Below, piece by piece: positions 13,489 to 27,000 of a stretch of DNA of 64,000 bases. Made by a program: the position numbers and the translations under genes. The number at the start of each line of letters is the position of its first letter. The stretch's first letter is position 1. The stretch covers positions 186,001 through 250,000 of the forward strand of contig JAAOMT010000480.1 in the NCBI GenBank assembly GCA_016748015.1. The letters are read 5' to 3'. The notes beneath the pieces were generated by a model that saw nothing but the letters and a program-made list of their open reading frames with translations, was not told where the DNA came from and searched no databases. The DNA comes from Geosiphon pyriformis uo1. Its lineage: Eukaryota; Fungi; Glomeromycota.

Positions 13489-14645
13489 AATTGATTATAT
13501 GGTGTGAGCATTAAAATCATAATCAAATTTCATTCGTTGTTTCAAATCTATTTAACTTGAAGAATCAAATATAAAAGGTCCATTTTAAATATTCATCCTG
13601 GCAATGATTATTAAATATTGATCACCACTGATGAAAAGATTTGCCTATCAACATAAATACTAATCAGTTGCTTAATAATACTTATCAGGTTCAAAAATCA
13701 CGAGTTAACTTCACAAAATGCTGACATATGAATCCATTGATCAGATAATTTTATTGCATATATTTTCGGGGATCGCTCATTCTAATATACGATGTCACCT
13801 CTTGCCTTTAAGCTGAAAAAATCCCGAATTGACATTAATCATAATTCATTCTAATTTCGGGATTTGCAATTCCGGACAGGACTACCGGGTTCAAATATAA
13901 GCCTTCCAGGCATGATGCGTATAGCATTGTGAGTTTGACGATGTATTAAACTAGAAGAAAACACCTTCCTACACGCAATTCTTCAAGTCCTCAACTACAG
14001 CCACAAAAAATCTCGGACAAAACAAGTATACAAGGCGCTGATATAACGGCACTTTCGTCAGATGGGAATATCTGGAATCGATGTAAAGATTAAAGGCAGT
14101 AATATCAAAACTAAAAGAGATGTTAGCATTTGTGAAATCAGTTTGTACTAAACAGCTTCATGGTAGTATCATTGGTATGAAGGAATAACTGAGAAACCTT
14201 ATTCGGACTTTTTAACGTTGGGTGCAAAAGTACTTCATAAGTTTGCTAATTCGATTAATTTCCAACTTTTCTAATAGTTAAAACAACGACAAAATCGGAA
14301 TACCAAGATTGGCAAATTATTACATTCTGACAATTTTCAAAAGACATTAATTGATCAATAGATATATCGATTTCAATTTTGACCATTTTTTTTAAATTTT
14401 GCAATCATATTTTAAATATATTTAATTCATTATAATTAAAAATGACCATTTAAAGGCTTCAATTCATGTGATGTTTATTTGTAATTAAAGATAAAATTGT
14501 AAATGTAACAATTAATTGGAAATTTATAATTTAAAATTAAAATATTACAAAATATGAATTTTATTAGTTCATTTTTAATTCAGTTATTTATTTGTTTGAT
14601 GTAATTATCATTAATTAAAATTTTGAACAAAAATATTGTGAAAAG

Positions 14646-14758
<113 letters not shown>

Positions 14759-15580
14759 TAAAAAAGTAAGGTTCTTCTACCACCTACATACATAAAACAA
14801 ACGTGTTTTACAATAGGTGTGAATTATGTGCTTTCTACACATGACCAGCCACCCAAATTCACATTAAGACATCACTAAGCATTATATAATAAACTTATAT
14901 ATCTATACAAATTACATATCATGTGGTTTTATACAGTAAAAACATTAGAAAAAACTTTGGAATTACAACAAACTAATATCAGACAAATGATTCAAAACCA
15001 TACCATCAACACTATTAATATTCATAAAATTATTATTTACTATTTTTAACAAATTTAATTTTTGTATTTAGGTTTTAACTTTAGTATTAGCACTTAAATT
15101 CTTTTTTTGTGCACAATTAAAACAGAACATACAAATTTTACTATTTTAACAACAACATTTTTGGCAGATATATAGAAAATAAAACTTTTAATTAAAGTTA
15201 TATACAAATATTTAGCAATACTTAAATTATTTAAACATCTATATAATAACAAAAATAAAAATTCTGTATAATTTTAAACTTACACAAAAATAAACTTAAT
15301 TATTTAATTTAAATTAATCAAAATTCAATAACAATATGTTTTTTGATATTTGTATTAATAGCATAATTAAACATATAATCTAAAAATCTTATATTTCTAT
15401 ATTTAATACTAATAATACTTAAATATTTAATATTATACTTTTTGTACTATTATTAATAATTTGCTATATAATATTTTTATAATATAAGTATTTAAACTTA
15501 TTAAATTAATACTAATATATTTTAATTTAAAATACAAATTAAAATATTAAGTTAAAGTTATATAATTTTAATTAATATTT

Positions 15581-16253
15581 GTTTGTACTATGATAAAGTA
15601 GAGATTTCTAATCATGTGTTTTCTTGTGTGGTTGATGATTCGGTTTGTCATCAGATTCTGGAATTTGGTATGTTCTCTTGGAAGTCAGTTTCTGGGCTCT
15701 CTCTTCCTTTTTCAGTGGTGTTGCAGTTTATGTTGACCTGTGCTTCAGATTTGCTGGTTTTCTCGGCTCTTTACAAGGGTTTTGTTTTCAATAGATGGCT
15801 TCAAGAGGCTGTTGTTGTCTTCCATGATCCCAAGGTTGCTGGAGTTAAAATTACTGATTTTATGCACTCTTTATGCTCCAATTTTAGGAGTGATATTTGG
15901 TTGGTCTGTACAAAGCATCATGCTTTTATGGAAAAAAATGGCCTGATCCCAGCAGACAGATCAATTCTCATCCCAGTTTTTGGTTCAGTTTCGAGGTTGT
16001 CTTCTGGTGTGGTCAAATTGCTTGGTGTTACTAAAGCTTTTGGCATCCTTTTTGGCTTTCGCAAGTCTTGTTCATTTTTTTCGGGTATTGATGACATGGT
16101 TTCTGTTAATATAATTGTGTAGTGTTGTCCTGACTGGCTCAAGTGGCTGGTCACATGTGGTTAAGCACATGATTTATGCCTAGTTTAGATCATTTCATTG
16201 ATGTATTGTTCTAGGTAGTGTTTGGACCTTGCTTATTAAATGTAATAAAAAAA
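15581..16253 (+). mobile_element. 5'-truncated LINE insertion
   Basis: ORF2 C-terminus (15583-16122), conserved 3' UTR and poly(A). 11-bp TSD AATTAATATTT at 15570-15580 and 16254-16264. Confidence 0.88.
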
Positions 16254-17266
16254 AATTAATATTTTTTAATAATTTTTATTCAAAATTTTTTTAATATATC
16301 TAATTAGTTAAATTGTATAAAATAATATGCATTTTTTAAAATAATTAAACCAAAGTAACTTTGTAAAAAACACTTAAAATTTTTAATATCAAAAATCATT
16401 TATATTAACTAATCTATTAGTTAATTTATTATTAACTATATCAAAATAATTTTTTATTATAATTTAATTTATATATAAATTTTTATTACAAATAATTTTA
16501 TAATTTTATATTATTTTAATCAATATTTATTTTTAAAATTAGATTTGTTTTTTTTAGCTTAAATTTATATATTGTAATAATAATTTAATTATTTATATTA
16601 ATAATATATTTTTTGTTAACAGAAACATATATTAAAGTCAATATAATAACAAAAAGTTTAATAAAAATTAAAAACATAATATTCTAAATTTTAACATTAA
16701 TTTTATAATTTAAATTATTAAAATATGTAATAATACTATTAATTATTAAATTAAAACTCAAAATTTTAATTGATTTTTTTTAAATATTTAACATAAAACC
16801 AAAAAATATAATATTATAATTTTAAATTTTTTAAATATATTAACTACATTAGCCAAAAAACAGTTTATAAAATTAGCAATTAACTTAACAAATAGCTTAA
16901 ATAAGCTATTAAATCTTTAAATTAAAATGTGCCAATTTATAAATTTATAATAAAATAATTTTTTTAAAAATTATTTATATTGAAAAAATTTATTATTATT
17001 ACAATTTTATTTTTTAATTGTACTTAATTAAATATGTTTTTTATTTAATATTTAATAAATACAATCTAATATTAATTTAATATACATAAACAAATTAAAA
17101 TTTTATAATTAAATATAATTTATGCTTATATTTTTATTTTATTTTGGTTTAACGAGTGTAGTCCAATTGCTATCTAGAAAACATGTAATATATACACATT
17201 ACAAAGCCAAATACAATTCATGTACTTATGACATGTGACCAGCCACTCAGGCCAGTCCAAACTATA

Positions 17267-20200
17267 CTACAAATTAGCCACCACTAATATTATACCCTTC
17301 ATATCTGAAAAAATCTGACAACTAGTATGCAGACCAGAATACACTCCTTTGGCCTCATTTATACTAAGCAATCTAACAACTCCAACACTCAACCTATCCC
17401 TAATATTATTCACTAAATACAACATACTACCATTGGCAACTATTTGACCTGTTTTTTCTATAAACAATCAGTGGTTAGATCTTCTGCACCATATCACAGA
17501 TCTGTGTAATGAGACCAGATCCCTGATGAAATCAATCATCATTGCACCAGCTACAACAGAGCAACTAAGAGCATCCAAAGCCTCATAATACCAACCATTC
17601 AGCATAAAGCCTTTAGCCAACATGGAATAAAACCCAATATTATTCACACAAAAAGATAGGTCCTGTATCATCATAAAAAAAGAGACAATGACATTAGGCA
17701 ATGATGACCATCTTGCATAAAACCTGAACAAAATTTTATTGTAAACCAATGTATTAAAGGAGTACACAAAAAAATGTTCAAATGTGTTGACCATATCACA
17801 AAACAGATACTTGACACTAGAGTAAAAATCATAGTACATATGCTTACAGGCTACTATAGACAAATGGCCATGCAATGACTTTATAAAATATGATCTCAAA
17901 GCTGCCAACTGATGGCTCATGTAGCCAGAAGCCATGTGACTATCAGAGTGCCAGACTGCAAAAGTTCTCTTCCAATCCACTGAATTAACATTACAAATAT
18001 TGCTGATTTTGGATTCAAACTCATTCTCCCAATTTGTTTGATATAATGTTCGAAAAAAGTCCCTAACATAATGTCAAATGTTACAAAATAACACCAGATT
18101 ACCCAATTTTAAAAAAGCTTATTGACATAAGTAGGAAATGAAGCATCACACCAACAGACATCTGAGGCGATCTCATCAGCACACTTGTTTCCTAGGATGC
18201 CAGAGTGGCCTTTGACTTTGAGCCATGACACAGCTAGTGACTTCCTCCTAATAAAGTTGACAATCTGCCTATGCTTCATTCATAAATTCTTCCTGAAATC
18301 TGGACAAACCAAAAGCAATTCATCTTCACAAGCAGAAAGAGCAGCATGACTATCAGAGTAAATAAAAACATTGTTACCTGAAGGGATACAAACAAATACA
18401 AGAGCAATGGTTTTGAGTTCTATTAAAATAGATGACATAATACCCTGAACTCTTGCACCAACACCAAGGCCAAACTTTGGGAAGAATGTAGTAGTCTTGG
18501 CAACAACAAAACAAGAACCAAAATGTTTCACAGAACTGTTTATGAACACATCAAACAAAACCAGACCAGAATTCAAAAAAATAGTTTTAGTCTTACTGAT
18601 TGTGTTGGTGACAACAGGATTCACTAGACAGTTAACAGATATATATGGTTTGATATTAGCAGCTAGCAAACAAGCACCCAAAAAGCAAATGGCTGAGTCA
18701 AACCAAGCTGGAACAGGACCATATAGATCCAACTGCTTCCAACACTTAAAGCATTTCCAATTGAAGCACTCATTCTTTTTGTTTATCAGTTGATCTGCAA
18801 AAGTGACTTCATAATGCATCAGCAAACAGGCCACCCCAAAGAATACACTATTACTAAAAACTTCAGAAATCAGCATTTCAATGGAGTGACAAAAAGCTGT
18901 CAGTAGAATAGAAAAAGACAGTCCACAGAATGAAAAAATTCTCACTATTTCAGTTAAAAAATTATCTCTAGGATTGACCTGCAATCTGATAGAACAGCAC
19001 AATAGATGAACAGATAACCAGCTGGCAACTTGCAAATCCAAACTCTAATGAATGAAAAGCCATCCCAAAATACCTGGAGCATTCACAAAATTAATAATAG
19101 AAGACAACTTACTTTCAGACTGTACCTGGGTGAATGTTTTAATGCCATAAAATGAGAGATGTGACAATGTAATTGTAAAAAAATCATGAGGAAGACGCGT
19201 CTTAATTTTTAAGCCCCTTCTAATAATAGCATCTCATCTAGAGCAAACAGCACTAAGAATGAAACTAAACTGAGTCCTATAGCTGATAATAGGTTGCAGG
19301 ACTGACAACACCAAATAGCAAAATTGTTTATCAGATATAGCTTTGCACAAGACTACATTTAAGAAAAAGTGCACATTTGAATGTGCCTTCAGCAAACTCA
19401 GCTTTAAAAGCCCTTCTGTTAATAAAAAAATGCCCAAATATTAATGAGATTTACCTCTTCTGGCCATAGCAATTGGTATGCCACTAATGGTCAAAGAAAC
19501 ATTCTTTACTCTTTGATTAAGAGAAATGGCAACAGTTTTCTCTGTGTTTATAGAAATATCATTGAGAGCAAAAAACTCACTTGCAATGTCCAAAATACAT
19601 TGAGTGGCAGCTTAACTACTGCTCACCCAGATTGTATCATTCACAAAAACCCCAGCAGCAAAGAAAGATATCATCTCAGTCTGTGATTTCACTTTGTCTG
19701 ACTTAGCAATAAATCTTGAGTCAATCCTGTATTCACACAAGTGTTTTTGTTTTTTGATCTCACACAAAAGAGGATCATAAAAGATTTTCCAAAGAAATGG
19801 GAAAAACACTTTACCTTGATCAAGCCCATCTAACATCTTATAACTATCAGAGAGACCAAAATCTGTCATAACTCTGTTGGTTCTGTTCAAATGGATATTT
19901 TCAAAAAACTTAATAAATCTGTTACACATTTTAATATGTCTTAAACTAGATCTCAGATGAAACCATCCCACAGAGTCATAAGCTTTCCACATATCTTGCA
20001 ATACTAGCCAAAGTTCTCTACCCTTTTCCAAGGTGTCTTCTATAATTGACCCAATAACAAACACAGGCAACTGAGTTGAAGTACCTTTTAAAACTGCGAA
20101 ATTGTTACCTCTGAGGACATTAAATACACTGCAAGCCAAAAATATATGGTCAAACAAAATTTTTGACAAAATTTTACAAGCAGTTTCTATTAAAGCAATT

Positions 20201-21952
20201 GGCTGTATATTAGTGAGACATTTTTCCCACTCATATGGTTTAGAGATCATAGAAATCTAAGTGGTATTTTCACAAAGCTGGAATATCTTCATGCATGAAA
20301 CAAGAATTCAGCAAGTCCAGAAAACAACCTAACACCAAATTATCACTATGCTTCCAAAGTTTATTTGAAACACCCAAGAGGCCAGCAGCTTTGCCATCTG
20401 GCAAATTTTTTACAACTGCGTATAATTCACCCAGCCTGATTTTATTCATCACACCAGAAAAAGCATTGTCAACCACATAGTCCAAAACAGCATATTAATA
20501 GAACCACAAATTAGGCACCAATTCAGGTACTTTACATTTCTTAATCCAATTAACCATGATATTATTAACTTTGGTCTTTACTTCAGCCAGTTCCAAAATT
20601 AAGTCTCTATTCAAAACCAAGTGATCAAGAACAACTTTGCAAAAGAAATGCTCTAGAATACTACTGATCATATTATCCTTCCCTAAAACAAAGTCATCTA
20701 TGCATTTACCAATTGTTCTGTTAATAGAAGCACTTTTAGTCAGCTCAGATTCGACATAATTAGCCTTACAATAATGTTTCTTAGCAACTGACAATTGTTT
20801 AAAAACCTCTACAGAATTGCTACATCCTTTAAGTAAACCAGAAATTTTGGAGGATTCCATATCATTCAAAACTGACCAAATTTTAACAAGACAGACAAAT
20901 TTTAAAGAATCACCCACACTCAGAGCTTTAACTATTTTGGCAATTAACAATTCAAGTCTATAGAATCTAAAAGAATGTTTATTCCTGGAATAGTCAAAGG
21001 TACTGTACCAATGTTTAGAAAAAATAGAGTTTGCTGACTTTGTTAATACCTTTTCCAAAATATCTCACATAGAGTTCAAGTCACCAAAATCCTTAGCAGT
21101 GGTAAAGTCATCACTCAAAAGCAACATCTCAGCAGCAGCATAATCATCAAAACATTTCTATTTAGCAGCATTTGAGTCCTTAAAATTAAACTTCCAATGG
21201 TCTGTGTTTGCAAGCTTGCACAATGTATTTAACTGCTTGTCTAAAAGACCATCCAGTCTCACTGAGATTGACACAGCCAAGTAATCAGTATTAAAATGAT
21301 CAGAAACTCCACCAATACATCCACCAAACATAGCTGACAAGAAATAATTACTCACAAAAATAAAGTTGATAGTTTTCTTTACTCTTTTGAAATTGCATCA
21401 TGTAGGAGACTTGAATATGGGACTTGTTGAAAGTACATTGTGCAATCCCAAATCCGAGCATTTTTTGAAACTTGCATTATGTCCAGCCCCATCCTCATTA
21501 AAATTACCACCGAGAAGAACATAAGAGCTAGAGCTAATTGCCAATGCAATAAGAGCATTGACAACAGAAGTCTACTCGAATCTTATACCAGCTGAAGCAC
21601 CAACATACAGACCCAAAATCATAACAGAAGCTTTGCCAGCAAAAAGAAGATGAACAGAAATGAGACGTCTAGAAACCTTTGAAATTTTACATACATGATG
21701 AGCAAGATCATTATTTAAAACAATTGCAACCTCTGACTCACAATGTCTAGAATTTATTCCAGAGCTAAAAACTTTCAAACCAGAAAACCTATTTTTAATC
21801 CATGGTCCAATGTGACTTTTAAGCTTAGTCTTAGTAAAAACAGAAACTGAATTGCAAAAATCTTTATGTCATTTAATAGCATTGTCCTGTTTAGCTAAAT
21901 TGTTCAAACTTCTGATATTATACATAGGAAATTTTCAGACCAAATTACTCAT
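17267..21952 (-). pseudogene. LINE ORF2: AP endonuclease, RT, RNase H, C-terminal Zn-finger region
   Basis: N-terminal NIRSLNN..KQ (APE), QPIALIETACKILSKIL, QDMWKAYDSVGW, GLDQGKVF, FVND (from FVDD), ELKTIALV...YSDSHAAL and WLKVKGHSGILGNKCAD (RNase H). Confidence 0.9.
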
Positions 21953-23830
21953 TAAGAGATAATAAGAGCTAACAAACCCAAACCAAAACACAATTGATCC
22001 AACTTTTCCAAAACTGACTCAATTGACACTTCCAAAGCCACCAACTTAGATTCCAATCCACCCACCTTGATAATTAAAACCTTAGAACTATTCGAGCTAA
22101 GGTTAGCAACTGTGTCCACAACAACTAAAAAAGGAAGGATGGAAGATATCAATGTATTATTTAGAGCCATATTTGAATTCACAACAGAGTCCAAAGGCAC
22201 TGAAACAATCAGAAGTAAGGCAGATGACTTGAATGCTAGAGGCATCAATTCCACAAAACTTAGCTTCTTCATAATGACAGCCATCTGATCTGCCAAAAGC
22301 TCTAAAAACCTTTCTAAGATCACTAAATAATCACTTAAGCCAGAGAAGACTGTAAAAGCAGAAGGAAGGATACCATTCAGACTTAAAAGTCCACAAAGAG
22401 AAAGACTAAGGCCAGACCCAAAGTGAGCACTACCAGAAGAATTAAAGAGAAAGACCACTTGGGCCCAAGATTTGCCACCAAAAGCAGCAGAATGAGAGAT
22501 TGGAACACATTTTTTCTCATACAATTTAGCAAGCTGAAAATGAAATTCCTCTGAAGCATCTTTTTTGTATGATTTCTTAGATAACAGCAGCATGATTGCA
22601 TCTGGTGTATCACATTCAAGAGCTAAATGTCCAAAATACCCACACTTCTTATAATAAACCAAATCTATTCTAGTCCAAGAGAGTTTAATCTCATTGAAGA
22701 TAGGCTCTGTGTGAAAAGCAGATTCTAGATCATCATTAAAGGCAAAACCAACCACTGCACAGTGAATTCTATTACCAGTTTCTATGGATTTGTTTATAAT
22801 GCATGTTTTTCTACCAGCTCTTTTCAAAAGATTGTCCAAATTATGAGCAGTTGTTTTCACAAGTAAAGTAAACAGAAATGCTCTGAACTGATTCTTAGAT
22901 GCCCAAGTCTCACAATCCTCTACTGCTTTGGCTATACACACAGAATCTTTACCAATCAGGAATGACCACTTTGAGGCCAACAAATCAGCTTGGTCTAATT
23001 CAGCAAACTTTACTACAGTCTTTTGCCATATTCCAATTAATTGAATTTTGATTGACTTAATTTCCCCAAATTCAGATATTGTGGTAACAATCATATTTTT
23101 AGGTGTATCTATGAGAATTTTCTTGATTATCACAGCTCAATCTGACCTTATTTCTTGTTTCTTAAGATTGCTGTTTATGTTGATCTCTTTTTCTTTGGCC
23201 AATAACATGGCCATTTTTATACTCTTTTCTGAAATAAAGGTAGATCGAATAATTTCTTCAAATTTTGAGGGGGTAATAGCCCCCTCAAAACCATTGACTA
23301 ATGAAAAAAATTTTCTAATTAACTGAGTTTTTACAGTAGTCGATTTACCTTCCACAGCTAAAAAATTAATATCCAAAGCAAATGATTTTTTAATTGTCAC
23401 TTCCATAGAAGTTTTGATAATTTTTGGATCAATTCACTTCTTGTCAAAAGAAATAGGCAAGCAAAAAGAGAGCACAACTTCATCATTATTCATATAAAAG
23501 TTGGGAAAGCCAAGTAAAAAACCAAAAACAGTACCAATGTTGACTTGCTTTGCCTTGGGTGTGGTAATGGCTGAGCCCAAAAAAGACTCACCATCCATAC
23601 CAGACATGTTAATATTCTCATTCTCACCAGAAAGACTTTCCACATCAGAATAAACACTATCATCAGATTCAGATCTGTTCAAGGATATATCTCTTTTATT
23701 ACCAGAGTGTTTAACATTGCCAAGAACAACTTTCTTCTTCTGAGAAAAAGAACCACCAGCAGGACCATAAAAAGCACTCTTAGGAGCTTTTTTCTTAGAT
23801 GTGGTGCTACTAGCAGTAGTCTTTATATCT
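21952..23830 (-). pseudogene. LINE ORF1 (nucleic-acid-binding protein with CCHC knuckle)
   Basis: ORF fragments 21952-23133, 23137-23406 and 23434-23886 with YKKCGYFGHLALEC knuckle. Homologous to 32055-33881. Confidence 0.8.
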
Positions 23831-24029
23831 ACGAAAAATGAGTTATTATTAGGTAAAGAAATATTGATATAAACTAAAAGAAACAAAAAAACTTCTTTTT
23901 ACAGAAAATGTGCTTTTTGAGAATTTTTGGAGGTGAGAGAGAAAGAAGTTTTATAAAAAATTTTATGCTTATATATAACCAATTATTCAAATTAATTAAA
24001 ATTATACTATGTATTTATATTATTATTAT

Positions 24030-27000
24030 TATTATTATAAGTAGATTTTTTGAATAAGTTTTAAAAAATTTTATAACTTAATATTCAGATTTATTATAAT
24101 ATATTCTACAAGTTTTTTGAAAATTTTAAATTAGAATTTTTTGTTTAATAGACAAAAATTTCTTAATAATAATTAATTATTGATTTAATAAATTTTCAGC
24201 TTAGTAATCAGTTTATTTTAATATTTACACTTTTTTAATAAACAATTATAGTTTTTTAACTATATTATACTCTTTTCTAGTATTTTTTATTAAACAATCT
24301 TTGATATTATAATTTTAGTACTTTTTTTATAATTAATTAATAACTCAAAATAAATACAACTAATAAAATAATAAAATAATAATTAATATTTTATCAATAA
24401 TTATAATTAAAAGCTATTGTTTCAATATTATTAAGTGGCTATTATAAATAATAATAATATTATTATTATTATAATAATATAAGTTTTAATATGATAATCT
24501 TAAATTTATTAATTAATAAATAAAATAAAATTTTTTATTAAATAGTTTGTTTAATTTATAATTGTTAATAAAAATAAAAATAACTAGATTAATCTTAAAG
24601 TAAGTTTGTTTTGTTGTTTTGTTTGAATAACTAATAAATAAATTGATGTTTTTTTGACTTTTACCATTCTATTATATATACATAAATTTTTATGATTTTT
24701 TGAGTTATTATTAAAATTTTTGAGATTTTTGAGATTTTTAACATTTTTATTAATATTTTTAAAATTTCTAATATTTCTAATATTTTTACTGATATTTTTA
24801 AAATTTTTGATATTATGTGTTCTAATAATTTTTTATTTTGCTATTGATTATTTATGCTATTATTATTTTTTATGTTTCTTTTTTAATATTGGGTTTTTGC
24901 AAAATTTCCTAAGTTTTTTTGAATAAATTCACTTTTTTTTTATTATGGTTTTGAAAACTTCTGTTTTTAATTGGTTTATTGTTATATCTTTTATTATTAA
25001 ATATAATAATATTTTATTGTATTTATAGAAAATTATATATAGTTAGTAGATTGCTTTTAAATAAATTATTAAGTTGTTTTTTTTAATAAAATATTCTATT
25101 TGTTGTATTATTTTTTTTATTAAACATTTGTTTAAAACTATTAATATATAGTATTTAAATGTTTAATTATTGTCCTAAATAGTAATAACAATATGTTATT
25201 AAAAACTGTTTTTTTTTTAACTTTTCTGGTTTTTTTTTATTGGTTTTTTTGGTTAAATACTTGTTATTAAATTTTGAAAGTTTTTTTTACTTTTTTGACA
25301 AGTTTTTTTATATAATTATTTTTTTGTTTTTGAGTTTTACTATATAAAGTTTTTTTAGCTGTTTTGTTTTTTTAAGTATTTTTATAACAAATTTTTTGTT
25401 TGTTAATTGTTATTTCTATGTCTAAGTTTTTAGTCTTTAATATTTGAAATAATTGTTGTGTTATTGTGTGTATTTTATCTGTTATTTTTATTTTTTATTT
25501 TGTTTATTACATATTTTAATTATATTTATAACAATTTTTGGTTTTGTAATATATTAGTTTTAATAATAATAATTGGTTTTAAATCTTGTAAAATTTTATC
25601 TGGTTTAATCAATATTTTTTGTGTTTTTAATTGTAATGTATTAAAACTTGCTAATATTTTATTATGATAAAACTTTAATTAATTCTTATATATTATTTTG
25701 GTTAAAATTTTGTTTTCTAAACTTAGTCTATATAATTTATTTCTAATTATTTTTTTAATATAAAATAGTTTATCTTATTTTGGATTAAATTTTTTATTTT
25801 ATTGTTTTTTTGTTTTTATATAATATAAAAATATTTTATTTTTAATTTTAAATTCAACTAATTTGTTTTATAATTAACTATAATATTTTTTTTGTTTTTT
25901 TTGTAATTTTTGAATATGGTTAGCTGTTTTTTTTCTTTTGTTTTTTAAAATTTTTATGTTTATTTTAACAGTATTATTTAAAATATGTTTTTTGTTATTA
26001 ATTTTATTAAATATATCACAATTTTTTTTTTATTAATAATATTGTTATTTTATTATATACTAATTTTAATAATATTGCTTAAACAGTATTTTGCTTTATT
26101 GTTTAATAAACAAATTATATTAATAATATAAATATATCCTATTTTTTTTGGTTTTTTTGATTAATTTTGGCTAATGTTTTACAAATTATTTTATTGGATT
26201 TTTTAATTAAGCCATTTATCAATAGATAATATAATGATAACAATAATTTTTAATTTCAAATAGCTTAATTTTGCTAATGTTTTATTTACAAAATAGATTT
26301 CTTAATTAGATAATAGCTTTTTTAGATATTTATATTAACATATTAAATTTTAATAAACAATTCAATTACTAATTTTTTATTAGTTTTTTATATGGCTCTA
26401 ATTTTGGTTATTTAATAAAATAATTTATAATAACAACAATATATTAATTGCTTTTAATTATTAATAATAATAGTTTTATTAAGTCAATTCTAAGCTTATT
26501 AAATAATTGTCCAACTTTAATTAGTCTTAATAACTTGTTTGGTTTTATTTCTTTTTTTTTGATAAGTATTATAATTTTGTATATATTATCTTATATTTAA
26601 GTATATTGTTAACTAATAATATAATTACTTAGTTTTTTTTAATGTTAATTTCTAATTAAAATATTTTGCTATTAAGTTTAAATATATATTAAATAATATT
26701 GTTTTTTTTTCTTGTTCTTTTATTACTTTTAATAAACTGTTTGGGTTTTGTTAATTTTTTTGATATAATATATTTTGGTAATTAATATAATGTTTAGTTT
26801 GTTGATAAATTTTATTTTGTTTATTTTAAAATAATTTCTTGTTAAATTGTTTAATAATAATATAGTATGTTATTTGTTAATAATTTTTATTATTTATTTT
26901 GTTATTGTTTTTGTTTTTATAGTTGTTTTATTTATAACAAACTATTAATATTTTTATTTTTTATTTTTTTATAATGTATTTTATATTTAAAGAGTAAAAA

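Larger units (their letters stand above)
17131..23961 (-). mobile_element. Full-length non-LTR retrotransposon (LINE; ORF1 + APE-RT-RNase H ORF2), decayed
   Basis: 12-bp TSD TTTATGCTTATA at 17119-17130 and 23962-23973, A-rich tail and both ORFs present. Confidence 0.92.

Noticed and set aside
13880-13900. GGTTCAAAT B-box-like motif suggesting a tRNA
   Set aside because: I could not build a cloverleaf, A-box or acceptor stem around it.
24720-25667. Hydrophobic F/L/I-rich ORFs resembling membrane or mitochondrial proteins
   Set aside because: Artefacts of T-rich eroded LTR and ORF3 DNA read on the antisense strand.
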